From Verrucomicrobiota bacterium (GTDB taxonomy: Bacteria; Verrucomicrobiota; Verrucomicrobiia; Limisphaerales; Palsa-1400), in contig JBEKYR010000008.1 in the NCBI GenBank assembly GCA_049510745.1, positions 96,001 through 160,000 of the forward strand: a stretch of 64,000 nucleotides of DNA. The letters run 5' to 3'. The number at the start of each line of letters is the position of its first letter. Position 1 is the first letter of the stretch. The notes below the pieces were generated by a model. That model was not told the DNA's origin. It did no database searches and was given only the letters and a program-made list of their open reading frames with translations. Below are positions 41,029 through 53,308 of the stretch, piece by piece. Made by a program: the position numbers and the translations under genes.

Positions 41029-44000
41029 CTATTCCTCGCCGTTCCCCGCGTGGCCGCGCTTGTCCCATTGGCGCGGGGCGCGCTGGGGGAGGGCGGCATC
41101 GACTTTGGCGTAATAGGTTTCCTCCCCAAAACGGGCGTCCACGGACTGTTGCAGGTCCAGCGAGGGCGTGACGGAGTATTTTTCGTGGGTCTGGATGAAG
41201 AGCACTTCGCCGCCGGGCCATTTGCAGCAGAGAAACAACGGGCATTTGCCGGGATGGGCGCCAGCCAGGTCGCGCGCCGCCTCCAAGTCCTGGGGCGTCA
41301 GGTGCGCCATCTGCAGGCGCAGGTGAACTTGCTTGGTGTGGACATGGGGGGCGTCTTCGAGCGGGATGATTTCCTGCGGGAAAATCTTCGGTTTGTCCTC
41401 GGAAAGATTGACTTCGCCGGTGAGGAGGAGGGCTTTTTGGGGGACGAGCAGGGGGATGAATTTGTCGTAGTTTTCGTTCAGGCAAAGGACCTGGACGGAG
41501 CCTTCCAAGTCCTCCAGCGTGACCAGGGCGTAAGGTTTGTTGGTTTTTTTTGAAATGCCTTTTTGCACTTCGACCACGAGTCCGCCCAGGCGGGTCATGG
41601 CGCGATTGGACAGGGAGGCCAATTGGCTGGTGTTGTGGACGGCGTATTTTTCCAGGATCGGCGTGAAGGGCGTGAGGGGGTGGCCGGTGACGTAAAAGCC
41701 GAGCAGTTCCTTTTCGTGGGCGAGCAATTCGTGCTGCGGCCATTCGGGCAATTGTTTTTCCGGTTCGGGGCGTTCTTCGGCGCGTTCCTCCAGCTTGCCG
41801 AAAAGGGTGTCCTGTCCGCGTTGCCGGTCCTGAATGATGCCGGCCGCCCGGCGCAAGACGTGGTCAATGCGGGCAAAGAGGGTCGAGCGCGTTTCGCCGA
41901 AGCAGTCGCAGGCGCCCGATTTGATGAGGGCTTCGAGCACTTTGCGGTTGACGGTGCGGGCATCGACCCGCTGGCAGAGATCGGCCAGGGAGGCAAATTT
42001 CCCCCCCTGGCGCGCGGCCAGGATGCTTTCGACGGCGACCTGGCCGACGCCTTTGATCGCGGCCAGGCCGAAACGGATGGCCTGCGGGCCGTTGGCCGGG
42101 GGGCTGGGGGTGAAGAAGACGCCGCTTTGGTTGATGTCGGGGGGGAGGACCTCGATGCCGAATTGGCGCGCTTCGCCGATGAGCACGCCCAGTTTGGCGG
42201 TGTCGCCCATGTCGTTGGTCATCATCGCGGAGAGGAACTCGACGGGATAATTGGCCTTGAGCCAGGCGGTCTGATAGGCAACGACGGCGTAGGCGGCGGC
42301 GTGGGATTTGTTGAAGCCGTAGCCGGCGAATTTTTCGAGCAAATCAAAAATCTGGTTGGCCTTGGCGGCGGGGATATTGTTGACTTTGGCGCAGCCCCGG
42401 ACGAAGCTCTCGCGCTGTTTGGCCATTTCCTCGGCTTTCTTCTTGCCCATGGCCCGGCGCAGGAGGTCGGCGGCGCCGAGGGTGTAGCCGGCCAGGACCT
42501 GGGCCGCCTGCATGACCTGTTCCTGGTAGATGAGCACGCCGTAGGTTTCCCGGGTCAACGGTTCGAGCAGCGGATGCTCGTATTCGATCTTGATCTCGCC
42601 ATGGCGGCGGCGGATGAAATCGGGAATCAGGTCCATCGGCCCCGGGCGGTACAAGGCGACCAGGGCGGTGATGTGCTCGATGGAACTGATCTGGAACTTG
42701 CGGCACAGATCGCGCATTCCGCCGGATTCCAATTGGAAAATGCCGACGGTGTTGGCCTTGTTCAGGAGGTCGTAGGTTTTGGCGTCGTCCAGCGGGAGGT
42801 TGTCAATGGGAATTTCGATCCCCCGCCCCAGTTTGACCAGCTCGCAGGCGTTGCGGATGACGGTCAGGGTCTTGAGGCCGAGGAAATCCATCTTCAGCAA
42901 CCCCAGGTCGCCGACGGGATTCATGGCGTACTGGGTGACAATGACGCCGTCCTCGTCCTTTTTGAGGGGCAGGAGGTTGACCAGGGGCTGATCGCCGATG
43001 ACGACGCCGGCGGCGTGGACGGAAGCGTTGCGGGTCAAATCCTCCAGGACAAAAGCGGTGTCGATCAATTCGTGGGTCTGTTCCTCCGTTTCGTAGGCCT
43101 GCTTGAAGTCCGGGGATTGTTGGAGGGCCTTTTTCAGGTCCATTTTCAATTCGTTCGGGATCATCTTGGCCAGGCGGTCGCACTCGCCGTAGGCCAGGCC
43201 CATGACGCGGCCGACGTCGCGCACGACGGATTTGGCGCCCATGGTGCCGAAAGTGACGATCTGGGCGACGGAGTCGCGGCCGTATTTTTGGCGGACGTAT
43301 TCGATGACGTCGCCGCGGCGGTCGTCGGCGAAGTCGATGTCGATATCCGGGGGGTTGACGCGCTCCGGATTGAGGAAGCGCTCGAAGAGCAGGCCGTAAC
43401 GGATCGGGTCCACGTTGGAGATTTCGAGCAGATAAGTGACGATGGAACCGGCGGCCGAACCGCGCGCCACGCAGGCAACGCCTTTGCTGCGGCCATAGCG
43501 GACGAAATCGCCGACAATCAGGAAGTAGCTGATGAAGCCGGTTTTCTCGATGACTTTCAGCTCGATGTCCAATCGGTCCATGACCGCTTTGAGGCCGGCG
43601 GCGGTGTCGGCCGGGGCGGGCGGGCCGGCGGCTTGGGCGAGGTTGGGCAGCAGGCGGGGATTGTCGATGCCGTCCACCAAAAAGGCGCCGCCCTGGGGGC
43701 GGGCCTTGATGCTGTAGCGTCTGCGCAGGCCCTCGGCCAGGAGTTGGCGCAAGTAATCTTCGCGCGTCTGGTTATCCGGCGGATGAAAGACCGGGAAATG
43801 GAGCTTGCCGAACTGGATTTCGAGGGCGCATTTTTCGGCGACTTCCAGGGTGTTCTGGATCGCTTCGGGCACTTCGCTGAAGCGCGCCTTCATCTCCTCG
43901 GCCGAGCGCAGATAGAATTGCTCCGGTTGGTAGCGCATCCGCTTGGCGTCGCTCAACAAGGATTGGGTGCCGATGCAGATGAGGCAATCATGGGCGTGGG

Positions 44001-44655
44001 AATGCTCCTTTTCGACGTAATGGACGTCGTTGGTGGCGACGAGCTTGAGGCCGAAATCGCGGGCCCAGGAGATGAGTTGGCGGTTGACCTTGAGTTGCTC
44101 GGCGATGCCGTGATCTTGGAGTTCGAGATAGAAATTGTCCGGTCCGAGCGTTTGCTTGAACCAATCGATGGTGTCGCGCGCCCTGGCCAACTGCTCGTTC
44201 ATAATGAGTTCGGGAATCTCGCTGGCCAGGCAGCCGGACATGGCGATCAAGCCGTCCTTGTGGGCGGCCAGCAGTTCCTTGTCGATGCGGGGCTTGTAAT
44301 AATAGCCCTCCAGGTGCGCGGCGGTGACCAAACGGACGAGGTTCTTGTAGCCGGTTTCGTCCTTGGCGAGCAGCCCCAGGTGATGATAAGCGTCGCGCCC
44401 TCCGGCGGCGGCTTTTTTTTCCCGGCGGCTGCCCGGGGCGACATAGACTTCGCAGCCGATGATGGGCTGGATGCCCTTTTCGAGGGCGGCTTTGTAAAAA
44501 TCGATCGCGCCGTAGAGGACGCCGTGGTCGGTGATGGCGAGTTTGGGGAATTTCAATTCATGCGCCTTGTCCATGAGCCGGTCCAGGCGGCAGGCGCCAT
44601 CGAGCAGCGAGTACTCGGTGTGCAGATGCAGATGAACAAAATCGGCGCGCGCCAT
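41029..44655 (-). CDS. dnaE: DNA polymerase III alpha subunit
   Basis: PHP domain 'HLHLHTEYSLLDGA', 'RGSAAGS', 'PPDIDIDF', 'GLLKMDFLGL', 'YGFNKSHA'. Confidence 0.98.
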   Translation of the reverse strand: MARADFVHLHLHTEYSLLDGACRLDRLMDKAHELKFPKLAITDHGVLYGAIDFYKAALEKGIQPIIGCEVYVAPGSRREKKAAAGGRDAYHHLGLLAKDETGYKNLVRLVTAAHLEGYYYKPRIDKELLAAHKDGLIAMSGCLASEIPELIMNEQLARARDTIDWFKQTLGPDNFYLELQDHGIAEQLKVNRQLISWARDFGLKLVATNDVHYVEKEHSHAHDCLICIGTQSLLSDAKRMRYQPEQFYLRSAEEMKARFSEVPEAIQNTLEVAEKCALEIQFGKLHFPVFHPPDNQTREDYLRQLLAEGLRRRYSIKARPQGGAFLVDGIDNPRLLPNLAQAAGPPAPADTAAGLKAVMDRLDIELKVIEKTGFISYFLIVGDFVRYGRSKGVACVARGSAAGSIVTYLLEISNVDPIRYGLLFERFLNPERVNPPDIDIDFADDRRGDVIEYVRQKYGRDSVAQIVTFGTMGAKSVVRDVGRVMGLAYGECDRLAKMIPNELKMDLKKALQQSPDFKQAYETEEQTHELIDTAFVLEDLTRNASVHAAGVVIGDQPLVNLLPLKKDEDGVIVTQYAMNPVGDLGLLKMDFLGLKTLTVIRNACELVKLGRGIEIPIDNLPLDDAKTYDLLNKANTVGIFQLESGGMRDLCRKFQISSIEHITALVALYRPGPMDLIPDFIRRRHGEIKIEYEHPLLEPLTRETYGVLIYQEQVMQAAQVLAGYTLGAADLLRRAMGKKKAEEMAKQRESFVRGCAKVNNIPAAKANQIFDLLEKFAGYGFNKSHAAAYAVVAYQTAWLKANYPVEFLSAMMTNDMGDTAKLGVLIGEARQFGIEVLPPDINQSGVFFTPSPPANGPQAIRFGLAAIKGVGQVAVESILAARQGGKFASLADLCQRVDARTVNRKVLEALIKSGACDCFGETRSTLFARIDHVLRRAAGIIQDRQRGQDTLFGKLEERAEERPEPEKQLPEWPQHELLAHEKELLGFYVTGHPLTPFTPILEKYAVHNTSQLASLSNRAMTRLGGLVVEVQKGISKKTNKPYALVTLEDLEGSVQVLCLNENYDKFIPLLVPQKALLLTGEVNLSEDKPKIFPQEIIPLEDAPHVHTKQVHLRLQMAHLTPQDLEAARDLAGAHPGKCPLFLCCKWPGGEVLFIQTHEKYSVTPSLDLQQSVDARFGEETYYAKVDAALPQRAPRQWDKRGHAGNGEE

Positions 44656-44666
44656 GAACCCACCTT

Positions 44667-44700
44667 AAAGTTCAAAGTGCAAAGTTCAAAGTTCAAAGTG
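44667..44700. repeat. 7-mer tandem repeat (AAAGTTC)n
   Basis: aaagttc aaagtgc aaagttc aaagttc aaagtg. Confidence 0.8.
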
Positions 44701-44728
44701 ACGGGAAGGGACGGGCACGGAGAGGCGT

Positions 44729-44879
44729 CCCAAATCCTCCTAACGCGGCCTTACCGCCGAGCGATGACCTATACAAATTGGATAGGAGAGCGAAGGAGCG
44801 GTCGGCGAGGGCGCCGACCGCTGCACGCGAGGGCGCGTGCTCTCCCCGGGATGTACTGCAACGGTTCTTAGGATTTGAG
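44729..44879 (+). repeat. ~150-bp REPIN/MITE-like element, copy 4
   Basis: CCCAAATCCT...AGGATTTGAG with the same core. Confidence 0.9.
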
Positions 44880-44985
44880 CGCGTGGTGATGGAACAGAGT
44901 TTCTCATTGGAAATGGCCCGCTGAAAGATCACAAATCGAATCCTTGTTTAGGAAGCGAAATTCAGGTTAGAATGCGTCCAATGTG

Positions 44986-45531
44986 ATGAAAAGCAAAACC
45001 GTCATTCTGGGAGTCACCGGATCGATCGCGGCGCACAAGGCGGTCGATCTGGCCAGCTTGCTGGTCAAGGGCGGGTTCGCGGTGCATGTGGTCATGACGG
45101 CGGACGCGCAACGGTTTGTCACGCCGCTGCCGTTCAAAACGCTCTCGCGCCATCCGGTGGTGACCGACCTCTACGAGGTGGAGGAAGGATGGAAGCCGGC
45201 GCACATTGAGTTGGCGGAGGCGGCGGACCTGCTGCTGATCGCGCCCGCGACGGCCCGGACACTGGCCAAGCTGGCGCACGGGTTGGCGGATGACGCGCTG
45301 GGCTGCGTGGCGCTGGCGCTCAATCCGGCGGCCAAGTTGCTGCTGGCGCCGGCGATGAACGGCCAGATGTGGCTGCACCCCGCCACGCAAGCCAATGTGG
45401 CCTTGCTCAAAAAACGCGGGGCCGAATTCATCGGTCCCCACAAGGGTCTTCTTTCCTGCGGCTACGAAGGGATCGGGCGCCTGTGGCCGGTGGAAGAAAT
45501 CGCCCGGAGCGCCGCGACCCTCCTCCGGTGA
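44986..45531 (+). CDS. coaC: Phosphopantothenoylcysteine decarboxylase (standalone CoaC flavoprotein)
   Basis: 'LGVTGSIAAHK', 'HIELA', 'APAMN..MW', 'LSCGYEGIGRL'; no CoaB domain. Confidence 0.85.
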   Translation: MKSKTVILGVTGSIAAHKAVDLASLLVKGGFAVHVVMTADAQRFVTPLPFKTLSRHPVVTDLYEVEEGWKPAHIELAEAADLLLIAPATARTLAKLAHGLADDALGCVALALNPAAKLLLAPAMNGQMWLHPATQANVALLKKRGAEFIGPHKGLLSCGYEGIGRLWPVEEIARSAATLLR

Positions 45532-46924
45532 ACGACGACCCTAAATCGATTTTTGGCGGAAGCGACACGCTCCAAAAGCTGACCCGGTTGCTGGCGGCGC
45601 CGGTGATCGAGCCGAGCCAGCGGGCGGCCCGCATTCAAACGGTGGAAAGGGACATAGTCCTGCCGCTGCGCGTGCTGATTATCGGCATCCTGGGTTACTA
45701 CTTTTTCTTTTCCGGCTGGCTTGATACGCCGGGGGCGACCAGCGCGTCGGATTGGAGTTTGCAGAACGCCTTGGTGCTGAAGGATTCGTTCATCGCCTAC
45801 GCCCTGCTGAACCTGATCGTGGGCGCGACTCTGATTTGGGCGCGGCATCTGACGCTGACGAAGATTGAATGGATGGTTTTTGCCGCCGGGACGCTGGACT
45901 GCGTCCTGATGGGAGCATTGACCATTGTGAGCGGCGGTTTCGACAGCAAGCTCTATTGGGTGTTCGTGGGCCTGATCCTCCACAACGCGATGGCCATTCC
46001 CGTGGCCTTTCCCCAGCTCCTGCTGAATTTTCTCTCCATCGGCGCCTTCATGGCGGGGGGGATTCTGGACAACCAGATCAACATCAAGGCGCCGATCATG
46101 GATGTGGAAAGCATTTCGCAGGAGAAACCCGTGGACCGCATCATCGTGCTCATCGCCTGGGCGCTTTGTTGTTACGGCATCCAATTGCTCTTCGAAAAAC
46201 AGAAGCGGGCCGAGGCGGAAGCAACCGAGCTGGCCGTGCGGCAGGAACGATTGCGCACGGCCGGGCGCCTGGCGGCGGAGATCGCCCATCAAATCAAAAA
46301 CCCGCTCGGCATCATCACCAACGCCGCCTTTTGCCTCCAGCGCGCCGCCCGCGAAGGGGAGACTTCGGTGGACGAACAGATCCAGATCATCCGGGAGGAA
46401 GTGGAGCGGGCCGACCAAATTCTCACCGAGCTGATGGGCTACGCGCAATTGGCGGAAGGGAAGGTCGAGCGGCTGGAGGTGACGGAGGAACTGGACGGCG
46501 CCATCCATGAGGTCTTTCCCCCGGCCGCCAAGTACGACGTGCGCATCCACAAGGATTACGCGCCGTCCCTGCCGGCGTTGCTGATGCAAAAGCGGCATCT
46601 GTCCGGCGTTTTGGTCAACTTGCTGCAAAACGCGCGCGAAGCCATGCACGGCCGCGGCCAGGTGGAGGTTTCGGCCAAATATGGCGACCATGACTCGGTG
46701 CGCATTGTGATCGCGGACAACGGCCCCGGCATCCCGCCGGACAAGATCGACAAGATCTTCGAGGCCTACTTCACGACGCGGGAGAAGGGCACGGGCCTGG
46801 GCCTGGCCATAGTCAAGCATAACACCGAAATGTACGGGGGCGCCGTGACGGTGCATTCCGAGCTTGGAAAGGGCACGGCGTTTGCGATAGAATTCCCGGC
46901 GAGAATTTTAGTGAGGTTAAGCAA

Positions 46925-46928
<4 letters not shown>
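45528..46928 (+). CDS. Membrane sensor histidine kinase
   Basis: Several TMs, H-box 'AEIAHQIKNPL', 'NLLQNA', 'DNGPGI', 'GTGLGL'; GTG start overlaps the coaC stop. Confidence 0.9.
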
Positions 46929-48343
<1,415 letters not shown>

Positions 48344-48363
48344 GGCCGGCGGACCGGCCGTGA

Positions 48364-49236
48364 ATGACGCCCCAGAGCCGCACCATCACGCGCAAGAGCG
48401 CCTCGAATCTCGCCCTGGCCTTCGTTCTATTGCCCAAGGCCAAGCGCGACGCCATGTCCGCCCTCTACGCCTTTTGCCGGGAGGTCGATGACGTGGCGGA
48501 CGAGGAGTCGGCGCCGGTGGAAAAACGCCGCGCCGAGCTGGCGGCCTGGCGCGAGGATGTGCGGCGGGCCGTCGCAGGCGGCGCGCCCGAGTTCGCGGTC
48601 AACCGTGAACTCCAGCCGGTCATCGCCCAATACCGGCTCCCCTTCCCGCACTTCGACGAATTGATCCGCGGGGTCGAAATGGACCTGGACATCAAACGCT
48701 ACCAGACCTGGGAACATCTGGAAGAGTATTGCTATCGCGTCGCGTCGGTCGTCGGCCTTCTGAGCATTGAGATTTTCGGCTACCGCAATCCGGCCTGCCG
48801 CGATTACGCCGTCCATTTGGGCAAGGCATTGCAATTGACCAACATCCTGCGGGACGTGCGCGCGGACGCCGGGCGCGGGCGCATTTACCTGCCGCTGGCG
48901 GAATTGGAGCGGCACAAAGTTTCGCCCGAGGAGATTCTGCGCTTGGAGTATTCCGAACGGTTCGAGCGTCTGGCGGAGAGCGTGGCGGCACAAGCCCGGA
49001 AGCACTATGCCCTGGCGCGCCAGACGTTGCCGGCGGAAGATCGGCGGGCGATGATCGCGGCGGAACTGATGGGGTCGGTTTATTGGCGGCTGTTGCGCCA
49101 GTTGGAGCGGCAACGATTCAACGTCTTCGGCCCGGCGCTGGCGCGGGTGAGCCGCGGCCAAAAAGTGCTGCTCATTTTTGGCGCCTGGCTCCGGCTGGTT
49201 TGCGGCGCGGCGGCGCCGGATTATGGGACGGTGTGA
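48364..49236 (+). CDS. hpnD: Squalene/phytoene synthase family, HpnD-like
   Basis: 'LYAFCREVDDVAD', 'YCYRVASVVG', 'LQLTNILRDV..DA.RGRIYLP'. Confidence 0.8.
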   Translation: MTPQSRTITRKSASNLALAFVLLPKAKRDAMSALYAFCREVDDVADEESAPVEKRRAELAAWREDVRRAVAGGAPEFAVNRELQPVIAQYRLPFPHFDELIRGVEMDLDIKRYQTWEHLEEYCYRVASVVGLLSIEIFGYRNPACRDYAVHLGKALQLTNILRDVRADAGRGRIYLPLAELERHKVSPEEILRLEYSERFERLAESVAAQARKHYALARQTLPAEDRRAMIAAELMGSVYWRLLRQLERQRFNVFGPALARVSRGQKVLLIFGAWLRLVCGAAAPDYGTV

Positions 49237-49314
49237 GAGTCAAGCCCTTGTCATCCACCAAAGAACGTATCAAAGCTGAAAATTTGTCGTTCAACTGATA
49301 ACCGCCGGGAATCG

Positions 49315-49830
49315 TCACGCCGCCACGCCGGCGGACCTGAAATCAGGCAAAGCGGACGCCTCCCCTTCGCACCGGGCGTAACAGGATTCCAAATGCGGCT
49401 TCAATCCCAACAAACGCTGCTTCAGAGCTTGGCCCGAAACCCCGCAATCCCTGAGAAAGAGAATGGTGCTCACGCCTTCAAGTTCATGGGGTGAAAGGGA
49501 GTTTAAATGCCGCGCGGTTTCGGCCCACGCCGGCTCTTGTTCCTGTCCAATCTTCCTCACCAATGTTTCCAGCTCATCCGTCTTTTCCAGCGAATAAGAC
49601 ACAGTCGTTCCCGCGACAGTTGGCGATTCCTTGACGAGATTCTCGCTTTCTAATCGTTCGACCTCACTTCGCAACTGCTGCGAATACATTCCATAATAGG
49701 AATACTCGAAACGTTCTGGAAACGGGGCGCCCCGTTCTTGCAGGATATGCACAATTTTCTGAAGTTTCTTCCGCCCCCCAATTCGACCCAGCACGTGGAG
49801 CAACTGCAATAATGGCACAATCGGATGCAC
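49315..49830 (-). CDS. YwgA-like protein
   Basis: 'GRKKLQKIVHILQ..G.PF.ERF.Y.YYG.YS..L' and 'LE..STI.F'. Confidence 0.7.
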   Translation of the reverse strand: MHPIVPLLQLLHVLGRIGGRKKLQKIVHILQERGAPFPERFEYSYYGMYSQQLRSEVERLESENLVKESPTVAGTTVSYSLEKTDELETLVRKIGQEQEPAWAETARHLNSLSPHELEGVSTILFLRDCGVSGQALKQRLLGLKPHLESCYARCEGEASALPDFRSAGVAA

Positions 49831-49837
49831 GGGTTAA

Positions 49838-51250
49838 TTAAGCATGATTGAGTTGCAGTTGTCCAAACAATTTCTCAACGGGTTCCGCCACGCGCCGATG
49901 AAAATATAATCTGTGAATTGAGTGTCGGGGGTTGGTTCCCAGCGCCCGCAAAATGAGCGATGGCCCTTCCACGGGCCGGGAGCTTGAGCCAAGCGGTCCA
50001 TCCGCCAGCAGAATCGCCTCGGTGGAAGCCGCTTCGTCCTGCCCCTCCTTATCAGGAGTGCTGGAACGAAAAACAGAGTCAAAATCACGGTAGGAATTAA
50101 AGTCCAAATCATCCAGCACCCAATCCAGATTCTTTTTCCCGACGGCGTTCAGCGCCTCACTCAACTTCACCAGTTGCCCCACCGTTGCTCCGGCCAGATC
50201 CTTGCAAAGAAACACTTTCTGCCGGGCCAGAAAACATCCGGCCAATTCCCCCAGCCGCTCATGTTCCGGCGCGGCGCAGAGAGACCAAACCTGCATGGCG
50301 GCAATCAGCGTGGCTTCGTCGCACATCAGGAAATCCGCGATGGAAAGCCTTCCTTCGCTGGCGAAGAATCGCTGCGCGACTTCAGGCGTTCGCTCCGGCA
50401 GCTTGCCCTCCTTCGCCAGCGCGGCGGCGTGATTGAACAAGCAAAGCAGATGCGCCTCCCAGCCCCGCGTCGCCTTGTGAAAATACACCTGCAGGCTCAT
50501 GTGCATTCGCGCAATGATCAGTTGTTCCGCGGAATGAAGCCCGCGCTTTTCTTCCAGGCAGAGGCGCCATTCTGTTTCCGCTCCCGGCGCGCGGCCCGGC
50601 TCGGTTCCGATGCAGAGGCTGTTCATCAGCCATTCCAGGTCAAACGCTCCGTATTTCACTCCGGTCGCCAGGGCGTCACGCAGGATGTAATCCATTCGGT
50701 CCGCATCCAATTGGCTGCTCACGATGTCCACCAACAGTCGGTGTTCGGAAACCTGTTTGATAATGTCCCTCACCCTTTCTGGATCCAGTCCATGGTCGCG
50801 CAAAACCGCCGGGATGCTCGAAGCGCGGTCGGTGACCAATTCTTCCGTGCGTTTCTCATGCTTGGCCCTCGCGCCAAAGGCTCGCTCCATCATGTGCGAA
50901 AAAGGAGCGTGCCCGATGTCGTGCAAAAGCGCCGCTGCTTTCACCGTCTGGTCGTGTGCCTCGAGCAGGGCCGTCGCGGCGGAGTCCTTGCGGTAGCGAT
51001 GCCGCAGTGTGATGAGAATTCGTTGAGCCAGGCACAGCACACCGAGACTGTGAGCGAACCGCGAATGTTCCGCTCCCGGATAAGTCAAGCTGCTCACTCC
51101 CAACTGGCGCACCCGCCGCAGCCGCTGAAATTCCGGCGTGTTAATCAAATCGAGCAGAAAGCTGTCCTCTGGCTCTATTCGTATCAGCCCATGCACCGCG
51201 TCCCGAAAGACCTTTCCGTGCGGGCCGATTTTCGCTTTGCCATTGCTCAT
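49838..51250 (-). CDS. HD-domain phosphohydrolase (YwfO/SAMHD1-like)
   Basis: 'RDAVHG', 'FQRLRRVRQLG', 'HSRFAHSLGV', 'LLHDIGHAPFSH', 'LDADRMDY', 'VYFHK'. Confidence 0.9.
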   Translation of the reverse strand: MSNGKAKIGPHGKVFRDAVHGLIRIEPEDSFLLDLINTPEFQRLRRVRQLGVSSLTYPGAEHSRFAHSLGVLCLAQRILITLRHRYRKDSAATALLEAHDQTVKAAALLHDIGHAPFSHMMERAFGARAKHEKRTEELVTDRASSIPAVLRDHGLDPERVRDIIKQVSEHRLLVDIVSSQLDADRMDYILRDALATGVKYGAFDLEWLMNSLCIGTEPGRAPGAETEWRLCLEEKRGLHSAEQLIIARMHMSLQVYFHKATRGWEAHLLCLFNHAAALAKEGKLPERTPEVAQRFFASEGRLSIADFLMCDEATLIAAMQVWSLCAAPEHERLGELAGCFLARQKVFLCKDLAGATVGQLVKLSEALNAVGKKNLDWVLDDLDFNSYRDFDSVFRSSTPDKEGQDEAASTEAILLADGPLGSSSRPVEGPSLILRALGTNPRHSIHRLYFHRRVAEPVEKLFGQLQLNHA

Positions 51251-51409
51251 TCGGTGTCCCCTTCCGTTTCGCGGGGCGCATTGCCCGCCAAACCAAGCCA
51301 ATACTTGATGTCATTCTTGGCTTTGCTCATGGGATTGAGTGGTGAGGGTTTCAAACAGTTCATCCAGCAACCAAACTGTCACATTCGACAGCGGGAAAAC
51401 AAGACTGGA

Positions 51410-52750
51410 TTACCGCCGCAACATGGGGGGGATGCCTCCCATTTTGCCCATCATTTTTTGGAATTTGCCCATCTTTTTCATCATCTGCTGCATCTGGCCG
51501 AAGCGGTTGAGCAAATTGTTGACTTCCGCCACTTGCACTCCGCTGCCCTTGGCAATGCGGATGCGGCGCCGGGCGTTGAGGATCGCCGGGGAGCGCCGTT
51601 CCTGCGGCGTCATCGCGCAGATAATCCCTTCCATCCGTTTGAAATCCTTTTCCTGCTTCGCCAGGTCCGCCCCTTTGAGCATCTCGGCGCCGCCGGGCAG
51701 CATCCCGACCAGGCTCTCCAGCGAACCGAGCTTTTTCATCTGGCGCAATTGCTCCAGAAAATCCTCCAGCGTGAACTGCCCCTTGCGCAGCTTTTCCTCC
51801 ATGCGCCGCGCGTCGTCCAGATCGACCGATTCCGCGGCCCGTTCCACCAGGCTGACGACGTCGCCCATGCCCAAAATGCGCGAGGCCATGCGCTCGGGGT
51901 GAAACGGCTCGAAGTCCTCCAGTTTCTCGCCGACACCGCCGAACTTGATCGGCTTGCCCGTCACCGCCCTCAAACTCAGGGCCGCGCCGCCGCGCGCGTC
52001 GCCGTCCAACTTGGTCAAAATCGCCCCGGTGACGCCCAGGGCCTGGTCAAAATGGGTGGCGACGTTGACCGCCTCCTGGCCCGTGGCAGCGTCAAGAACA
52101 AGGAGAATCTCCTGCGGCTGGACCAGGTCGCGCAGCCGCGCCAATTCGCGCACCAGCGGCTCGTCGATCTGCAAACGGCCGGCGGTGTCGAAAATGAGGG
52201 TGTTGCGGTTATTCTGCCGGGCGAACTCCAGCGCCTCGCGGGCGATTTTCAACACGTCCGTCTCGCCGTGGCGGACGAAGACGGGCAACTCCAGTTGTTT
52301 GCCCAGCATTTCCAACTGGTCCATGGCAGCGGGGCGGTAAACGTCCGCCGCGACCAGCAGGGGCGTGCGGCCCTGCTTGTGCAGGAGGCGGGCCAGTTTG
52401 GCGCTGGAAGTTGTTTTGCCCGAACCATGCAAACCGACCATCAGGACGCAACTGGGATTGCCGCTCAGAGCCAAGGCGGCGTTGGTCGAGCCGAGCAAGC
52501 GGACCAATTCGTCGTGAATGATTTTGATGATCTGCTGGCCGGGCTGGATGCTTTGCACGACCTCCTGACCGAGGGCCTTGACCCGGACCGCCTCGATGAA
52601 ATCCCTGGCGACTTTGAAGTTGACATCGGCTTCCAGGAGCGCCATGCGCACCTCGCGCAGGGCTTCGGCGGTGTTGGACTCGGAGATTTTGCCCAGGCCG
52701 CGGAGATTGCGAAAGGCATTTTGGAGTCTTTGGCTCAAGGCATCGAACAT
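51410..52750 (-). CDS. ffh: Signal recognition particle protein
   Basis: 'ALLEADVN', 'GSGKTT', 'DTAGR', 'TKLDGDARGGAALS', M domain. Confidence 0.98.
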   Translation of the reverse strand: MFDALSQRLQNAFRNLRGLGKISESNTAEALREVRMALLEADVNFKVARDFIEAVRVKALGQEVVQSIQPGQQIIKIIHDELVRLLGSTNAALALSGNPSCVLMVGLHGSGKTTSSAKLARLLHKQGRTPLLVAADVYRPAAMDQLEMLGKQLELPVFVRHGETDVLKIAREALEFARQNNRNTLIFDTAGRLQIDEPLVRELARLRDLVQPQEILLVLDAATGQEAVNVATHFDQALGVTGAILTKLDGDARGGAALSLRAVTGKPIKFGGVGEKLEDFEPFHPERMASRILGMGDVVSLVERAAESVDLDDARRMEEKLRKGQFTLEDFLEQLRQMKKLGSLESLVGMLPGGAEMLKGADLAKQEKDFKRMEGIICAMTPQERRSPAILNARRRIRIAKGSGVQVAEVNNLLNRFGQMQQMMKKMGKFQKMMGKMGGIPPMLRR

Positions 52751-52801
52751 GGGCGCAATTTAAGGCCGGGGCGCCCAACCTTCAAACAAATCTTCCGGCG
52801 A

Positions 52802-52861
52802 TTCAGAGTTCAAGGGTCAACGTTTTTTGGCGGACGATTTAAACTTTGAACTTTGAACTTG
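52802..52861. repeat. Inverted arrangement of AAAGTTC-type 7-mers
   Basis: ttcagagttcaagggtcaa ... tttaaactttgaactttgaactt. Confidence 0.55.
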
Positions 52862-52919
52862 AGATTGGGGCGGAGGTTTGGCTAAATCCCCGTTCCTTCG
52901 GCGGAAAGCCGTGGGCGGG

Positions 52920-53005
52920 GGTAGGTTACCCAAGTGGCCAACGGGGGCAGACTGTAAATCTGCTGGCTTACGCCTTCGATGGTTCGAATCCATCACCTAC
53001 CACCA
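52920..53005 (+). tRNA. tRNA-Tyr (GTA)
   Basis: Acceptor stem GGTAGGT/ACCTACC-A-CCA, anticodon arm GCAGA-CTGTAAA-TCTGC, long variable arm, GGTTCGAATCC. Confidence 0.97.
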
Positions 53006-53308
53006 TCTGGAAATTCGACATAAGTGACTATCAATAAGGCACTTGTAAAACACCTCCTGAACCTGACCCTTTGGCCGTCACGTCTGACTCCGCTTTCGCA
53101 TGGGCGTGGCAAAGGACAGGAAGCTGAACGAACGCCACAACCCACCAGCCGGGCAATCGAGGAATCCTTCCGAGGCGGCTTCTTCCAATCCTTTTCCAAG
53201 ATGCGTTTGCGGCCAGTGCATGCGGCTGAAGGTATCCGCCGCCCTGTGCAGAGTTGATGGGGCGCATCGAAAAGGGGTGGTACCTCGCCGCCGCGCAGAC
53301 GCGACTTG

